The position numbers and the translations under genes are program-made. This document shows, piece by piece, positions 61,846 through 64,000 of a stretch of 64,000 bases of DNA. The number at the start of each line of letters is the position of its first letter. The stretch's first letter is position 1. Origin of the DNA: Phyllosticta citribraziliensis (Eukaryota); the NCBI RefSeq assembly GCF_038025025.1, contig NW_027117339.1:2666001-2730000 (forward strand), written 5' to 3'. The notes beneath the pieces are model-generated. The model ran no database searches, was not told the origin of the DNA, and saw only the letters and a list, made by a program, of their open reading frames with translations.

Positions 61846-64000
61846 ATCTATAGTATAAAATATATAGTCTAGTAGGTAATTTACCTATTAGACCCTAAAT
61901 TAAAGGCTACTATTAGCTAAGATCTAGTAGCTAATAATCTCTTTAACCTCCTATTTAGTATTCTTATTATTATCTTAAAGAGCTAGCCTAATAGCTAGTT
62001 ATTAGCTAGGTAATAGATTATTACTAGTAATAATAAGATAAGAGATATTAAACTTATTATAGGTTTAAGACCTAATAGGGAGCTATAATATAGCCTAATT
62101 ACTATATATATCTAGTATATAGTATAGGCTATTATTATAGTAATCTAGGGTAGCTAGCTAGCTATAAAGTATATAAGTATACTTAGTATAGATAAAAATA
62201 TACTTACCTAGCTCTACTATATAACTCTAATAATATTAGTTTACTTATATAGCTATTTACTATTATATAACTAATAGGCTTTATCTTATCTCCTCCTAAA
62301 CTTATTAGATAGTTTAGGTAAGGGCCTATATAGTTTATAACTAGAGGGAATAAGTATCTATAATTAGCCTATAAATACTATAGATAGCTACTTTAGTATT
62401 AAAATTAAATTATAGTTTATAGCTATAGTAGATATAGAAGGGAGAGTAGCTATTAAGGCTCTCTTATAGTATACTATTAGTAGTAAACTATATAATAGAT
62501 AATAGTAGTTTCTAATTATCCTAATAGAACCTAATAAATTATCTTAAGTAGTTCTTAAGGTCCTAGTTAGCTTATTTAGTTTATCTATTAGTTTAGGGAT
62601 AATAGCTAGTAGATAGCTTTATACTAATACTAATAATATAAGTAAGGCCCTCCTATAAGTAAGAGATAAACTAGTTACTATAGTCTAAGATAATAGAGAG
62701 AGGGAAACTATAAATAGTAAAGATATAGTCTATAAGTATATAAGCTATAGCTTTAGCTATAGTTCTATTATCTAAGGTATTTATAGTAATAAAGTAATAT
62801 ACTTTACTAAAGTAGTTATATACTACTAGGATTATATCTATATCCTTACTATAGGATAGTAGACCTATAAAATCTATAGTAATATATTACTAGGGATATA
62901 ATAGAATAGGTAGAGGCTATAGCTAGCTAGAGATTACTAGGTAAGTTTTATAGATCTAGATATATAAGGGATAGTTATGAATAACTTAGGTAATTAACTA
63001 GGTAAGATATAGAAACTAAAAATAGGGTATAAGTAGGTTATATAGCTAATTATAGCTAGGGTAGCTAGTAAGTAGCTACTTATAGATATAATAAATAAAG
63101 AGAGGTCTTAATTTAGTTAGGATAATAAGATAGCTATCTATAAAGATATTTCTATACCTATTAACTAAGAAGGGTAAGTCTAGCTTACCTACTTATCTTC
63201 TCTACTTATTTATCTTATTATTATTAGTAGCATTAGCTATAATTAAATAATATATAAGGAATAGCTCATTATTAGGGGTAATATCTATAGGAGTAAGCTC
63301 CTAAACCTTATATATATAAACTAAAAGTTTACTATCTAGTAGTAGGATTTAGTATTATTATTAGTACTAGGGGTTATTAGTACTAGGAGTATCCTATAGA
63401 TAGTAGGTAAGAGTATTAGCCTTAATATTAGTATAGCTAGGATAGTATATAATCTTAAAATTATATTTAGAGAAGAGTTTAGCCTAGTAGACTTATTAGT
63501 ATATTAGCTACTTAGTTATAGTAAAGTAGTATAGTATCTAGTAGTTAGTAAATACTATAAATAGTACCTAATAAGCCTTAAGATCTAGCTTCTATAGTTC
63601 TAAGGTATAAATAATAGCTAGGAGCTCCTTATTATAGATAGTATAGTTAAGCTCTACTAGGGCTATAGTCTTAGAGTAGTAGGTAATAGGGTATAGTTAG
63701 TTATTATTACTATACTATAAGAGTAAGCTACTATTTATCTAGTTAGATAAGTCTATTTTAACTACTATCTTATAAATAGGGTTAAAATAAGTAAGGACTA
63801 GTATAGTTAAGAGAGCCTTCTTAAGACTATTAAATAACTATTATTTAGTATTAGTCTAATACTATAGAATATCCTTATAAGTAAGCTAGATAAGTAGTCT
63901 TATAATCTTACTATAGTCCTTTATAAATTACTAGTAGAAATTAGTAGTACTAAGGAAGGACTAAACCTATTTTACTATTATAGGAAGTTCCTATAATATA
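61504..64000 (-). mobile_element. Chromoviral Gypsy relic C: RNase H end, integrase, chromodomain, PPT, 3' LTR (continues off the right edge)
   Basis: De-RIP motifs YRPG..NVKADALT at about 63447-63403, LDY..NGPY at about 62145, and chromodomain EWEVEEIVGHR...FRVQWVNYPPD at about 61955-61865. Confidence 0.8.

Larger units (their letters stand above)
53040..64000. mobile_element. AT-rich block of RIP-mutated repeats
   Basis: Abrupt compositional switch; TpA everywhere, CpA/TpG and CpG nearly absent; no ORFs in the track; retroelement motifs are recoverable using transitions only. Confidence 0.95.

Noticed and set aside
53040..64000. Organelle insertion, contaminant, or alternative genetic code explaining the stop-rich AT DNA
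   Set aside because: Transition-only reversion restores Gypsy motifs; TpA excess with CpA/TpG loss is the RIP signature.

Overview
Genomic DNA of a filamentous ascomycete (Pezizomycotina; short GT-AG introns with CTRAC branch sites, plus RIP). The window has two compartments. Positions 1-53037 are gene-dense and GC-balanced, with about 24 mostly conserved housekeeping genes: RPL3 (5' part), CDC55, YEA4, PMT4, a GRF zinc-finger protein, a CrpA-like Cu P1B-ATPase, a BtgE-like GH17, an Atg14-family protein, FCY1, YDJ1, a GNAT, RPP0, TRM82, TRR1, HEM12, MSH1, a mitochondrial RRM protein, PEX5, an MFS transporter, COA3 (missed by the ORF track), PTA1 and hypotheticals. From about 53040 to 64000 is an extremely AT/TpA-rich, RIP-destroyed block starting immediately at the PTA1 stop codon. 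Reversing C>T/G>A changes by eye resolves it into nested Ty3/Gypsy retrotransposons (gag zinc knuckles, protease, RT, RNase H, two integrase-chromodomain 3' ends, LTRs, PPTs). I see no convincing novel multi-gene system. The best leads are at RNA/translation level: a candidate CUG-initiated mitochondrial isoform of thioredoxin reductase, a structured RPL3 intron, a start codon split by an intron, micro-exons and a GC-AG intron, possible RIP leakage into PTA1, and 5'-G protection from RIP. Exon boundaries and family assignments were made by eye without database searches.
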